From a virus, in IMG/VR virus record IMGVR_UViG_3300025133_000066, positions 1 through 64,000 of that record: DNA of 64,000 nt, one strand, 5' to 3'. The position numbers and the translations under genes are program-made. The notes under the pieces are model-generated. The model was not told the origin of the DNA. It searched no databases and saw nothing but the letters and a program-made list of their open reading frames with translations. This document shows positions 51,001-61,500 of the stretch, in pieces. Each line of letters begins with the position of its first letter. Position 1 is the stretch's first letter.

Positions 51001-54000
51001 AAATTATTAAAATCTAAAATTGTTGCGAAATAATTGATAATTTGTTGAGTTATCGCGCGATACATGCTTTTTTCTACCATAAAGTAGAAACTAGATGGCC
51101 TTGTCTGCTTTGTAAAAAGTTGATCATCCTCAATATTAAAAACTTTGACCGTATCGTAAGAATTAACAATTTCCGGAGTTGTTTGCTGGGCAACTGGAAC
51201 AAATTCCATGTTTATAATACTCGTATCATTGGGATAAAAGAGATCTCCTCGCCCAGTATGTTGAGATCCTAAAACATTTCCCAACCAATCATATCTTTGG
51301 CGTGTAATCGCAGATCCAGAGGAGAAATCAACTATATTAAAGCCAGCATCTGGCACAGTTGACACTCCTCCGCCGGCATCAGTAGTTGTTATTTGATCGA
51401 AGCTCCAGTGGAGAGCCAACGTCTCCATTTGTGGTATTTCTACATTTCCAATTGATGTAACAAAATTATATGTATTTTGATAAGGAGAATATACTCCAAA
51501 ATTATCATTGTCGCGGGCATGCGACTTAATGACAGAATTATTAAGGTAACTCATCCAATATCTCGTGGATGAAAACTTAAGATCTGAACTCTGGATAAGA
51601 GAGCCCGTGAAATTTTGCCTATGTGCCCCCATATACACCCTTTTGGGTGTCGTCAACAGCTTGTCACCGTCGACTGCGATTGAAGAAGTTAATATTCTTT
51701 CTTCTTGGACAACATCAACTATGGTATTAAGTGCATATAACTCTACAAGATAGTTTGTTATTGTAGAACCAGACACAAGATCCGCGTCTGTTTTCTCTGG
51801 AGATACTCTTAGGGCCAGATTCCACTTCTTATTATCATAAAGATCCTTTATGATCGAGCTTCTTTCTTCAATTCCGAAAAAAGAACTCGTAATCATAAGG
51901 TGGCCGTCCTTAATATTGCTATTTGTGGCGGGCCTTATGGCATATACTTGCAAATCATAATCGGTTGCTGGCCAAGTAAAGTCAGTTGGGGCTGTAGAGT
52001 CTGCCGAATGGAATCCAAAGATTGAAGATGTGATAAACGGAGTGGGATAATATACATTATTGCTAATAATCTTCTTTTTGGGAAATATAACTTCTGTTTC
52101 ATAGGTAAAAGAAGTATAAGTTTCTAAAGTTCCTCCAGATGCTGATATAAAAGATACCGAATCTGGGTTTCCAGAAGCAGTCTGTTGATAAATCGTGCCT
52201 GCGAAGTTGTCAGGCTTATAAAAGTCTATGAATTTTTTCTTTGTCGACGAAAAATCATAATTTTCATTTAGATTATAAACAAGATTGTTGGCATATGCGT
52301 TAATTTTTATTAAATTTTCATCTACGCCATAACAACGGATTAGTTGCTTAAAAGATCTTGAAGTGCCCTTCGATTTATAAATATCAACTATATTATTATA
52401 GATATTTTTATAAATCATATTCTTTGTATCAAACAAGCTGTCCGCGAACTCTTTTTTCTCATCTCTATTGAAGATCTGATTTATCACAGATGAATCTACG
52501 AATATTTCTGGTGCGACGAGACCAACGCCTTCCAACAACTCTCCAGCGAAAGGTATTGGCTTATCACCGGAACTTACATAAGAAATGTTCTTAATTTTAT
52601 TTATTTGTTCTATCTGCAAATGAAGAGTGTCAAAATAGCTGGACATAATTTGAGTTAGGCGCTTTAATTCTCCATCGCTGTCGTTGTCACCATCTATAAT
52701 CCAATTTGGGAAACCATTATATAGAGATGTTGTATTATTATAATCATGATATGAGCCAGATGCCAACATTTCTGTCAAAACGGTTTGAACTGCTGGATTT
52801 TCGGGATAGATAATCGGATCTTTGAATTCGGATGCTGCCGCGTTTGCCTCTACCATCGCTGAATCTGTTGTTCTGGAATTTGTGGTATAACCTGTCCATG
52901 ATCCATTTGAAACGCGGCCAGAATAATCGAGGACGCTAGAATCGATTGAATTAATTCCGGAGATTCCTTCATTAAATTTGTAATAAACACCAAGAGTTGT
53001 ATTTGCTATATCTGTATTGGTTCCTCCGTAAACTTGTGTGAACCAATATCGACTAATGTCTTCCGAAGTTCTCTGGGTTTTCCAATAGCGGAATTCATCA
53101 AGGGAGCCGGTTAATTTACCATCGCCAAGAATTGTGTCCGAGCCAGGATAATTAGCAACCAATGCCCCAATGTTGGCTTGCAGGGATCCCGTTATCTCAA
53201 CGGGCTGGGATCCAACAATAAGATCTGTTTCTACTAAATTTCCGTTTAAATATAGCCTCCACAGGGCATCAGAGCCAGTATTTGCATAAGATACTGCAAA
53301 ATGATTCCACGATCCACTTGTCGTGGCAAAATAAGAAGTTATGTCTTCAAAGAAGATGTTATCAACGCCGTCTCCCCTAAATAGGCAGTCAAGATAAGTT
53401 GTTGTGCCATCCCGGTCGCGGGCCAACGATATATTAAATCTTCCGTCATTTGAGCCGCTTAAATCAAAAATCGTCTCATAAGTGTGATATGTTGGAAGTG
53501 CAGACGCAGGAGGGGCCCATGTCGGCTTCTTTAACCAAAATTCTACTGTTACACCATTGTCCGGATCACATTTGAGATTACTCTCTCTCGTTCCTTTCCC
53601 CGTAAATCCAACATTATCATAAATATCTGTGTCGTAAATGTTTGAATCATCGAAGGTTTCATGAATCGGCTTTCCAATCATTCCTTGGGAAGCAGTGTGG
53701 GGGCCCGCGTATAAATGAATGTATTCTAGGGGTACTGATGTTGGCCAGAATTTGATGCCGCCGTCGTCGTTGTAGTCAATTCCTGCATAACCACCCTCTC
53801 CGTGGTTTATATATCCATTTCTTCTTGGATATTTATTATCCAATAACCATAGGTCGATATATGTTGACTCATTTAGGAATTCTTGTTTTTCTTTTGAGGA
53901 TCCGTCATAAGGATATTCTTCATAAATTCTTGTTATGGCATCTTGATAATATTGTTCAGCAGATCCATATCTGGCGAAGTTTTCTGGATTTGAAAAGTCT

Positions 54001-54140
54001 ACTTGGGGAATAAATCGATTTTTATTTTTCCAAGTCTCTGTAATATTTTCTAGAGATTCTCCATCCTTTCGTATATTTTCGGGTGTTTCTGAAAATATTT
54101 GGGATGGGTTGTCGCCATCAAAAAGGTTTCTTATACTCAT
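45006..54140 (-). CDS. Giant baseplate wedge/receptor-binding protein (~3,044 aa) with a LamG domain; likely start MSIRN at 54140
   Basis: TVEFW..WNHFAVSY..LYLNG..GSLDEFRYW LamG motif; YKSKGTSRSFKQLIRCYG gp7/gpI-like motif; ATGA coupling. Confidence 0.7.
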   Translation of the reverse strand: MSIRNLFDGDNPSQIFSETPENIRKDGESLENITETWKNKNRFIPQVDFSNPENFARYGSAEQYYQDAITRIYEEYPYDGSSKEKQEFLNESTYIDLWLLDNKYPRRNGYINHGEGGYAGIDYNDDGGIKFWPTSVPLEYIHLYAGPHTASQGMIGKPIHETFDDSNIYDTDIYDNVGFTGKGTRESNLKCDPDNGVTVEFWLKKPTWAPPASALPTYHTYETIFDLSGSNDGRFNISLARDRDGTTTYLDCLFRGDGVDNIFFEDITSYFATTSGSWNHFAVSYANTGSDALWRLYLNGNLVETDLIVGSQPVEITGSLQANIGALVANYPGSDTILGDGKLTGSLDEFRYWKTQRTSEDISRYWFTQVYGGTNTDIANTTLGVYYKFNEGISGINSIDSSVLDYSGRVSNGSWTGYTTNSRTTDSAMVEANAAASEFKDPIIYPENPAVQTVLTEMLASGSYHDYNNTTSLYNGFPNWIIDGDNDSDGELKRLTQIMSSYFDTLHLQIEQINKIKNISYVSSGDKPIPFAGELLEGVGLVAPEIFVDSSVINQIFNRDEKKEFADSLFDTKNMIYKNIYNNIVDIYKSKGTSRSFKQLIRCYGVDENLIKINAYANNLVYNLNENYDFSSTKKKFIDFYKPDNFAGTIYQQTASGNPDSVSFISASGGTLETYTSFTYETEVIFPKKKIISNNVYYPTPFITSSIFGFHSADSTAPTDFTWPATDYDLQVYAIRPATNSNIKDGHLMITSSFFGIEERSSIIKDLYDNKKWNLALRVSPEKTDADLVSGSTITNYLVELYALNTIVDVVQEERILTSSIAVDGDKLLTTPKRVYMGAHRQNFTGSLIQSSDLKFSSTRYWMSYLNNSVIKSHARDNDNFGVYSPYQNTYNFVTSIGNVEIPQMETLALHWSFDQITTTDAGGGVSTVPDAGFNIVDFSSGSAITRQRYDWLGNVLGSQHTGRGDLFYPNDTSIINMEFVPVAQQTTPEIVNSYDTVKVFNIEDDQLFTKQTRPSSFYFMVEKSMYRAITQQIINYFATILDFNNLIGNPVNRYRQEYKDLQKLRHLFFEKVQNEPDIERYIEYYKWIDSSLGQMIMDLFPASVVKQDGIRTVVESHILERNKYWNKYPTVDLKQDDPEAAARGINEMLYNWEYGHHPVSDAQNESCFWWKEKAERNKAPLATGDAGVDADKEQILSVTLSALNRKLSTPLKLNIIRSNDIHGGLTSNNNNIRTNVKSAIQFGNSSGVIIRESQVKGLKDCNDVLDPHLKKKFSFEATNTADESGYATGEGDFLAPFVPVSSSVTTGYNSKINTDFKPGFGVNNLHIDSYEDYEVPLQGPFTEKWVGGNQHRHIPLNQGTDTVTDRPEAWALEFQTGPTAMKFVHQPVNSPRAVFYRDLVAKRSLNIKNIKDNMTTGELGNYSQDYQIVQTCGRTENNSAFVKAGGFEASEIPSPFVAGLDDYVKLQRGRSAWVFVNRFSCPGDASTAGDSDGGPGLDPEAAEFSVYNDINYRNFAVRDPYRLLLASHVNQFGYYADTFNIGVGSSSVNSLNYDGTGSIYQVNRNPIKQMKDSGATTVTASVYDNFYVQHPIPRTDLQYAWITASAISYDTFGYLPYSGEGDLVTFSSASDYVSIHYQKNPFAGPPAQNFYVFGFDKNSLPVLGTGGSYSFTSSYYIPTVYNWLNYNVYEPLEYSNSFIGYGPSAANISDYVNSALIPDGFTNQDAFDYDAGPAALLNAILLKRNGPYQHPSWKQIRGNENPLVKKWNSSNITAYNLENDSFKLREDPPIISKYKPLRHILTTATPNLTSGPYTPSLATIKINSSYGSEKTFFANRAISTDLNITNDNVTTSYERILSLYTNGALLNINNPIQGIDYFAYGEQIYPAAINCYSTRNRARVGYQNTFWRDSRLDRTTLGESKFGGGENSQGFVVSQSAWSIDTAEQFGTGLSTYIAESASIGAAGELQNDYTFAFRLFNQAVTGLQADLKPSPTYARKHTLGSIHSSLNRSGPASLRAVATSSNYLMANEITGNNWPSVSLFNSLGHLSIFGGNAKFEAHTLAGYVEDGSFVSSPSTPFYDKYELYNLNMRLKNKDMSLIPEFRISDHIQKYISDGFNSNNSASFSIFGVNEDNIQTVLYTTIDGNGASYAIQTSDNTPQNSSEPDFYKIYSFSDFMEYFEVISDEHDQFTGLPKNLTLSCKALMKFIPYDGFYPVERTLEIAKEFKTSFLDESAIVPDDKYGLPADVDILKYRPILATMFAPGVMFNTIKSGVAVDYPIYTDDWTPVRIANSGGVGSTTDDSDYYLVGVGSGPGGGDAWDYRVPFEALLEPESFDDFDIKIYDMEPHPSASASSSANTGKFWTEIRNAPTDPRNPYKLMINNFLGEVPKFFLKNESLSSISSVSEDNFIPLKSGSFYGMRIKMYRSTVGNRGFGGGAGNQHPYPQDLFFNNDNFETMTMYSRPSAFGPPVAGAPNVDRNTGATVNTGPNNYSLADATQGYYPSHTPPYYNGEAWLDIIYEASADGTPTLDQIFNDAALKYWRIDKKNLDSMVIPSIESWPSTGSGTGYPMYKDNVNGFAMQLSSSLNIFQKEYVPSDADPSTNVLRWTIQTKFETPIMNFGDTTERPLNFDVIATPTTGTGAEEPWEGYGGITTTPIGMWHQFGLIPEENKGIFLEVADIDRSWLETRADDSDITAFYNGGDVKSLAQNLGFIPKQNPGRPVRQAKNTKKLGQLSDSRTVYEAIVAVPFVVNIKKTAKKIKIGNLARRSFFELPTNDVYSIAWSSAPIEDRFPSLPFANISWAEYVSGISQDLSDKMLVDEDVLQMADKIKNKYVFPPEFDFIRNLSAKPVAMYIFEFEHTFDKNDLSYIWQNIAPKFGTQFKESTATISHPLLKNKQMLKDLQDEVRWMVFKVKQRAETNYYDNLAESTKKTSALSAEDQLVFGYNWPYDYFSMVEFAKIDATVSYGDDGLAALAKTAPVSTTGLPPDLNTDVGQANASSAAQNKNSAAAVQAGVVANIDIQKRDIGPSSGFTPTIPPSEED

Positions 54141-56338
54141 ACTTCTTCTACCCTGAATTTCCACTCATAAGGCTGCCCAACATAACTATCAACTGTTTCG
54201 TTGTAATAAGCTATCTTAATCCCATAAGAATACCCAGGTTCTAGAAGATCCATTTCCAAATCAAAATAATTTCCACTCATATCAAAAGACATTTGCGTCC
54301 CTCTATCACTTCCCGTATTATATGGAATTACGATTAAATCATCGATTACCCTATGAACTTGATAAGATGCACTTTCATTAACAAGTGTGTCTGTTATTGT
54401 AGTAGCTACTGTATAAATAGTCGGGCTCCAATCTTTTTGTCGTTCATAAAATCTGAATCTTGCCGTTTCAGAAGTGGTGTAAACCGACCTGAGATTTGTA
54501 AGTGTTGTCACTAAATTTCCATAGGGATTGTGTGTGCTTGCTGCATATTGTTTTACATCAAAAGTTCCGGTGTGATAAACATCTGACAATCCAGAGCTAT
54601 ACCACCTATCATATACTGTGCTGACGGTCGTGTCTAGAGCAAAAGATGCCGAATAAATACCAAGTGAAACATAGCCCCCTGTTATGGGAGTCGGGGTTAA
54701 ATCTGTTCCTGCCGATACTGATGTATACACTTTAACATAAATTTCACCGGTTCCAACTGCTGGAATGTTTCTTAATCTTCCCCCTATCACATTATAAAGA
54801 TAGAGTGTTCTCATATTATCCGCTGCGGGGACTAGAGAGCTACTTGCATAGAAGTTTCCCCTGTCGTCTTTTATTGAGGAATCCCACCGGGCCTGAATTG
54901 CTGGTCTTGAGAAGAAGAACTCTGTTCCTCTTCCAAAAAATTTCTTTGTGTAATATGTTTCCTTTGCTCCGCCGGCATTAATTAATTGGCCATCTGACTC
55001 TCGGCCCACGGTTCCGTTTTGGCCGGAGCATGAGCCAGTTACGATAGCCATGCCTCCCGAACCGGTGGCATAAAGATTCGCGGTACCAACCCTGTCATAA
55101 ATACTTATTTCTGTTGGGGGAGTTCCAAGATTAATTTCATCTCTAGGATCATCGCCGTGAACCCACCAATTTGAGAGATTTTCATAAATAGAAAGCTCTT
55201 TAATTGGGGCCGGACATGCGCCGTTATAAAGCTCAGTTATTTCTCCGGGACTTAAAATTTTGTTAAAAGATGCTACATCGTCTATAAATCCATTAAAATT
55301 ATAGGAAACTCCCGATCTTGAGCCTCCAATAGCAAACATATCGACATCAGTTAATGCAGAACCTGCGCCCTGTATGACCGTTGCAGAAGCGGAGATTGAG
55401 TTTATATAAATTGAGGGAATATCTGCTGAGTCTTGAGTGTCAGTCACTACTATGTGGGTCCAGGTGTTCGGGGGGAGGGAATCATCAGTTGTTATTGTGG
55501 TGGTACCTCCGGAGTACATCTTTCTATAAGTAATTGCGGTGCCGGCAGGGTCTATTTGCAAAACCCTCCGGAGGTGGTGATCGACCTCTCTCTCCCAAAA
55601 AAGTACATATCTCGTGCCCGTGTTGTTAGATTGCTTAATCCAGGCGGATATTGTAGAATCGTTTTCCTGATCGGTATCTGATGTTCCTGAAAGGAACGCT
55701 AAACCGTCAAAATGTACGGCTTCTCTTGGGTAATATTCTGCGAAATAAGCTTCCTGGCTCGATGTTAGATGAACACCGATGCCATAATTTGTAATTGTCC
55801 CAGCAATCCAGTCCTCAACAAGTGGAGTTATATCAATTTCTAAATCTTCGTTTCCAATTGGAAAGGTTTGAGAATAAACCGGAGAAGTTAAATAATCTCC
55901 ACCTTCCCTTGTCCAAGGATCGCCTTGTCCTGCATTAATCCAGTTGGATCCGACATTTCCTTTTGTTACATCTTTATATTCTTCCATATCCAGACCAGTA
56001 CCCTCTTGCCAAGATTGGGATATGGGAAGAACTACCAATTTAAGCTCTCGCGGCAATGTTTGATTGCTGCACGCATTGTACATATTGAGATAGAAACTAA
56101 CACTGCCAGAAGCAGGAATAATATTGCTCGCCCTGTCTGCTGTTATTTGATTAATTGGAAACTCAATTAATATTCTCTCAAGCTCGGTTGATCCCGATGA
56201 TTGTTGTGCATAAATAGAAAATGTTTCAAGGACATCCGAAAGTCCCATATTTGCACCAGTGCCACGAGTTCGCAAATTGGCCCTAAATGCATTGGTTATG
56301 GTGTTGTCTTTATCAGCATAATATTTTTTTATAGCCAT
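54137..56338 (-). CDS. Virion protein with a LamG domain (733 aa)
   Basis: TISAWIK..WTHIVVT..FNGFIDDVASFNKILS. Confidence 0.7.
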   Translation of the reverse strand: MAIKKYYADKDNTITNAFRANLRTRGTGANMGLSDVLETFSIYAQQSSGSTELERILIEFPINQITADRASNIIPASGSVSFYLNMYNACSNQTLPRELKLVVLPISQSWQEGTGLDMEEYKDVTKGNVGSNWINAGQGDPWTREGGDYLTSPVYSQTFPIGNEDLEIDITPLVEDWIAGTITNYGIGVHLTSSQEAYFAEYYPREAVHFDGLAFLSGTSDTDQENDSTISAWIKQSNNTGTRYVLFWEREVDHHLRRVLQIDPAGTAITYRKMYSGGTTTITTDDSLPPNTWTHIVVTDTQDSADIPSIYINSISASATVIQGAGSALTDVDMFAIGGSRSGVSYNFNGFIDDVASFNKILSPGEITELYNGACPAPIKELSIYENLSNWWVHGDDPRDEINLGTPPTEISIYDRVGTANLYATGSGGMAIVTGSCSGQNGTVGRESDGQLINAGGAKETYYTKKFFGRGTEFFFSRPAIQARWDSSIKDDRGNFYASSSLVPAADNMRTLYLYNVIGGRLRNIPAVGTGEIYVKVYTSVSAGTDLTPTPITGGYVSLGIYSASFALDTTVSTVYDRWYSSGLSDVYHTGTFDVKQYAASTHNPYGNLVTTLTNLRSVYTTSETARFRFYERQKDWSPTIYTVATTITDTLVNESASYQVHRVIDDLIVIPYNTGSDRGTQMSFDMSGNYFDLEMDLLEPGYSYGIKIAYYNETVDSYVGQPYEWKFRVEEV

Positions 56339-58131
56339 TACCTAACGACTCCTCGGATATCTACCGTTGGAAATTTGATTTCGAAACAAACATTAGATGG
56401 GCACGACAAGTATCTACCATCTGCTGACATATTTTCTTCTATGGAAAAAGACAAATCAGAGTATCTCATGCCATTTTTATTTACCAGAAAAACATTTTGT
56501 GTATCAACGACGCCTCGAACACGATTAAGTTCATAATAAATATCTGTTAAATAAAGCGGTTCTCCCATTTGTAGTGCTCTATTGTATCTTTCTGCTAAAA
56601 TATTTATACATTTAGCATATACGTCAGATGCATTATAATCTGGATCTCCAATGATCTCAAAATTAATTTCAATATTAACAATTTTTCCGTTTATAATATC
56701 AACTGTATCATTGATCATTTTATAATCAGATATCCAAAACCTAAGATTTTCTTTTTGTGTATTATTGGATGAGATAAGTTTTCCATTTTGATCAGAAGAT
56801 AGGACGTATAAATTTAAATTTCTTTTAAAAGAATCCTGATCTAAAATAACATTGCATCGCGCGATGGCGCCATACTGTGCAGGCATCGAGTATACCATTG
56901 ATTCATAATCATTACTTGTAACTGCTCTTTTTTGTGTTGCAAAATGTGATAAAGCTCGTTGTTTTATTTCTTCACCAGATGGCGAAACAGAGCTTCCTAC
57001 AATAGGGTTCTCGTTAGTACACTCCAAAGATCTTCTTACTGATAGAATTTTTGAAGAATTTAGAGTTGTTATGTCATCAAAGGCGGATATTATATTTGTT
57101 ATGTTTCTAACTGTTCCTGTTTTTGCATTTGAATTAGCATTTGAGTTTTTTCTATAAGTTATTGTCAGCGTTGTATTTGAGGGAGAAACTCCTAATTTAT
57201 CACTGGTCAACAATTTAGATGGATCCAAATTTACATCTGAAACATAGTCACGACCATATAATTGTATAGCAACCGAAGAAGGGTCTGCAATCGGATTTAT
57301 TTTTATTTCATCCTCGGAGCCATAACCAAATTGCAAGAAATAATTATCACCATCATAATCAAAAGTGAATCTCCTGGGAACAATTACTGGTCTTAAATAT
57401 TCTTTTACTGTATCTGTATTTTGACCCAAATTTGAAAAAGATTTATATATTATATTTTGTGTTAAATTGTCTACTTGAAAATATTCATTTCCGTCTGAAT
57501 CTTCTACTGACATAATTTCGACAACATCTGTATCATCTAAGTCAATTTTTCTAAATCTAATATAATCCCCAACTGTGTATAAGCGTTGCTTGATCTCTCC
57601 AGATATTACCGCCCCCTTTGCTTTTACTGCGTAAGAGGTTGGAAGACCTGTTGTACCGTCTACTCGACCTACAACAATTTCATTAGCGGGATTATCAAAT
57701 CTAATATCTTCTACAGTTGTGAAGCTATTACCATTTGTTGTAGAAAATGTGGATCCTTGTTTTATTATAAGATAATAATTAGAATCAGGGCCAACGCCTA
57801 GTTCATTGGTTGGGATTAGTGCATACAGGGATATTTCTCCTAGCGACGAGGCCACGTTCTGATATTTATATCCAAGCTGCCTAGATAGCTTAATTATGTT
57901 AGATGTTTCAAACGCCGTATCCAAGAAAGATTCATTGACCTGATAATCAATAAAGTAAGACATTATATCGCCAACATATGAAACTGTATCTATCATCAAG
58001 GAACCAAACGAAGCGTCATTAAAATCTTGATAAACTTGGGGATAATATCTTTGTGCATAATCAACTAAAGATCTTTTAATAGAATTAAAATCCCTAGCAG
58101 TATAATCTATTGAAACTTTTTTCTTGGCCAT
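56338..58131 (-). CDS. gp6: Baseplate wedge subunit (gp6/baseplate J-like)
   Basis: DYTARDFNSIK, ESFLDTA, QLGYK, QKRAVTSNDY. Confidence 0.88.
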   Translation of the reverse strand: MAKKKVSIDYTARDFNSIKRSLVDYAQRYYPQVYQDFNDASFGSLMIDTVSYVGDIMSYFIDYQVNESFLDTAFETSNIIKLSRQLGYKYQNVASSLGEISLYALIPTNELGVGPDSNYYLIIKQGSTFSTTNGNSFTTVEDIRFDNPANEIVVGRVDGTTGLPTSYAVKAKGAVISGEIKQRLYTVGDYIRFRKIDLDDTDVVEIMSVEDSDGNEYFQVDNLTQNIIYKSFSNLGQNTDTVKEYLRPVIVPRRFTFDYDGDNYFLQFGYGSEDEIKINPIADPSSVAIQLYGRDYVSDVNLDPSKLLTSDKLGVSPSNTTLTITYRKNSNANSNAKTGTVRNITNIISAFDDITTLNSSKILSVRRSLECTNENPIVGSSVSPSGEEIKQRALSHFATQKRAVTSNDYESMVYSMPAQYGAIARCNVILDQDSFKRNLNLYVLSSDQNGKLISSNNTQKENLRFWISDYKMINDTVDIINGKIVNIEINFEIIGDPDYNASDVYAKCINILAERYNRALQMGEPLYLTDIYYELNRVRGVVDTQNVFLVNKNGMRYSDLSFSIEENMSADGRYLSCPSNVCFEIKFPTVDIRGVVR

Positions 58132-58144
58132 TTAATGTTTTTCC

Positions 58145-58546
58145 TTAAATAAAATCTGTATCGTTTGAGTCAATATCTAAATAAAGTACCTCTTTCAATG
58201 CGAATGATGGAATAAAATATGATATTTTTAGGCGCTTAGTATTATTATTAAGCTCGTCAGACTCAATTTGTATATTTGTTATGTTCACATATGGAATATA
58301 TTTAGCTACTTGAGATAAGATATTTTGTTCAATAATCCCCGCATCAAAAAATCCCTCCTGATTAAAGAGATATCTGCTTATACCAACTCCAAAAGTCGGA
58401 TCCATTACTCTTTCTCCAGGATTGGTTAATATTATCATTTTTAAATTCTGCTTTCCCACATCCTTAATAGTTTTTAACGACAAATACGGCCCATCTGTAT
58501 CATCGTATTTTAATGGTAGCTTTGGAGAAAATCCATAAGACGACAT
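58145..58546 (-). CDS. gp25: Baseplate wedge/sheath initiator
   Basis: QNLKMIILTNPGERVMDPTFGVGI..YLF. Confidence 0.9.
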   Translation of the reverse strand: MSSYGFSPKLPLKYDDTDGPYLSLKTIKDVGKQNLKMIILTNPGERVMDPTFGVGISRYLFNQEGFFDAGIIEQNILSQVAKYIPYVNITNIQIESDELNNNTKRLKISYFIPSFALKEVLYLDIDSNDTDFI

Positions 58547-58547
58547 A

Positions 58548-61500
58548 TTAGCTTTCCTTTATCAATTGCATTGCAAAATTTTGTGAGTCTTCGAACAATT
58601 TTTTACTCCAATTCGGAGGCGGTGCGATATTTCCCAACGATTCATAGTTATAAATAGTTACCAAAGTCAATAAATTTTCTATATTCATGCCGGCATAATA
58701 AAAATCAACAAATTTTTCTGAATTTATTAAATTGTTTATCATCTCATTATCATCATATGAACCTATTATTAATTTATCAATTGTTTGATCGGGGATCTCC
58801 TCTTCAAAAGATATAATTGGCAATAAAAAAGAGGACCCCATTGTGCCACCCTTTAATAAAAAGGCTTTATTTTTATATCTTTCTGAATTTAAATCAGGAT
58901 GATCTGTGGGATCAAAATCAGACTCTTCCACTCCTGATATATCAAGTGGGTACACCGAAGATATTCTAATTCCATATTTCCAACCATCTGGCCACGAGTC
59001 TGATATTTTATTGTGAACGGCTGTTGTCGAACTAATATAGGATTCCAAATCCGCAAGTCGTTGAATCCCACTTGGAATGCTCTCGGCGGTTGAAGGGCCT
59101 ACATTAATATATTTCTCCACTCTTAGATAAGGGATCTCTGTAGTACGATCAAAAGAATCAACATTTCCCCACACATTCTTGACCTCTCCATTGTTGAGAG
59201 TAGCGCCAAGTGATAGTGTTTTGATATTATATAGACCTCCAATCTGAATTAAACCTTTGATTATCGTGTAGCTGGTACTATTAAAATATTCCGATATTCT
59301 TTCGGTCACAAACAATGAAACTATATAATCGATGTCATCTTTATTGTCGTTCAAAACATCGCTCCTATTAGATATTTCTCCCCTTATCCAACTTCTTATG
59401 ACTTCATTAAAATTTTCCGTTATCTCTTCCAGATTATCATCTGTATTTTCAACAATTCCAGTCTCGACCAATTTTAAATAAATTTGACAAATTGTTTCAT
59501 AAAAATTCAGTTTTTCACTGCCAAATATTTGTGATAAATTATTTTTCACCAATTCGGATAACATTTTTTTAGTTTCAAGTGTTTCGGGATTAAAACCAGC
59601 AAAAATTGAAGTACCCCTTAAAATAATCTCAGAAATTATTATATTGGTCAATAAAATCAAACCGGCATAGTTGGTGGTCAATTCTTCGGACGATGTTGCC
59701 ATATTAAATGGCACATATAAAGAGCCTTCTAAATTTAAATTTGCTTTTTTATATAAATCTCCCACTTGTTTCTCTATATCAGGGCTTCCCACCAAAACAC
59801 TAGAATTATCCTCAAGTTTATCATATAAATTTGTCCAATAAGACTTATCATATGCTGTTTTGCCCGAAGTGGGCAATATTTTATCTTTTATTACATTCTG
59901 GTATCGAAATACATGAGTTTGCAAGGGAGAAGGCCGCTCTCCGAACGGAGTTGAAACTAAAAATCCAGTTTTTATTTTATTTCTCAGGCTTGCGACTGGA
60001 GAGAGAGAACCTTCTAACAATTCAGAAATTTTATGGGCCCCAGATTCCAAATTAGTTGTCGGAGGCACTTTATAACTTAAAATATTTTCCTTGTTAAAAG
60101 AGACACTCATATTTCCACTTGATTTCTGTGAAGATGCTATCTTAGGCTGATATAATGACATTTGAAAATTATCACCGTTAATTTCTGAGTCATATCCCAC
60201 ATCTTTTAAGCGGTTGGCGCGGGTTTTGAAAGCTTCCAATACAGTCAATGACGGCGCCGGTGACAAAAGTGCGGTTGGATCGAAAGGCAGGAGGGCCAAA
60301 AACTTTTGATTATTATAGCCCACAAAGGGAACACCATTGTTTCCCAGTATAACATCAAAAAATCCCTTGTTTTTATATAAATCATTATGATAACTTTTAT
60401 AAAATATTTCCAACTGCTTATTTATTCCTTCTACAAAATATTCAGCTTGTTTTTCTTTGATTTTTCCGTATACTGGTCCGTCTGGATCCAATATACTTTC
60501 CATAGCTTGACCAAAAATGGGCGCCTGAGCATTCCCCATAGTGCTTGCTGAAAAACATAGTTTATCTTTCTGGATATTCTTTAAGACATCCTCCATTCTG
60601 GAAATTTGTTCTTCTGTTATGCCAGGTTTATTTTGAAGATATGCCCTGTCCAGCATATCTGTTTCTATTATACAAAATTCTACGGGAAGAGACGCATTAT
60701 ATAGATTATTAAAATAGTCTGCTTCCATCTTTGAAACATCCAGAAGTTTTCCAATTTCCAAGAATATTTGCTCTATATCAGAATAATTTTTTAAATAAAC
60801 TTCGAGGGGGGTATCAGCAACCAACTGTCTTACTTTTTCGTAGGTTGTTCCTCCGGCTTCACCTTTAAATAATTTTATCTTTTCATATTCACCCAAAGAC
60901 ACTGAAATTATTTTTAAAAAAGAATCAACTTCTTCAAGACTCAATTCCTGTGTTATATTTGCGGGTTCTCTAGCATCATATATTATTTGTCTGACACACT
61001 CATTAACTTCGGAACTCTCTTCTTTCTTATTATTTGCAACTTTATAAAAGGCATCGTGCATAAAATTTTCATTTTGAAATAAATCTGGAATGTATCCGCC
61101 TCTCTTAAAATAATCGGTATCTCCCGAAACGCCGGCCGATATAATTTGAAATAATTGAGACATAGTAGATGTTATCAATCGGACAATGAGTCCAATAATT
61201 ATATTTTTTATTTCTTCCACTACAATTGTTGCAAGAGAGGAAAATACTGAAGAACCACCACCAGAGGCCTCTGGTAATTTTGGCATATTTATTCTTTTGC
61301 ACGGATTTAAAGCTATTTTAGTTTTAATAATGCCTGAATGGCCGGTGGTGCACTTGCTTAAAACCCCAGTAGTTAAATCTGTAAAAAAACCAATCCATCC
61401 CATCTCATCTGGGAATATATCTAACAGTGTGCTCAATAAGTCGTTAGGATTAATATATAAATTTACCGATTCTTTATATGCTCGGAACCTAACATCAATA

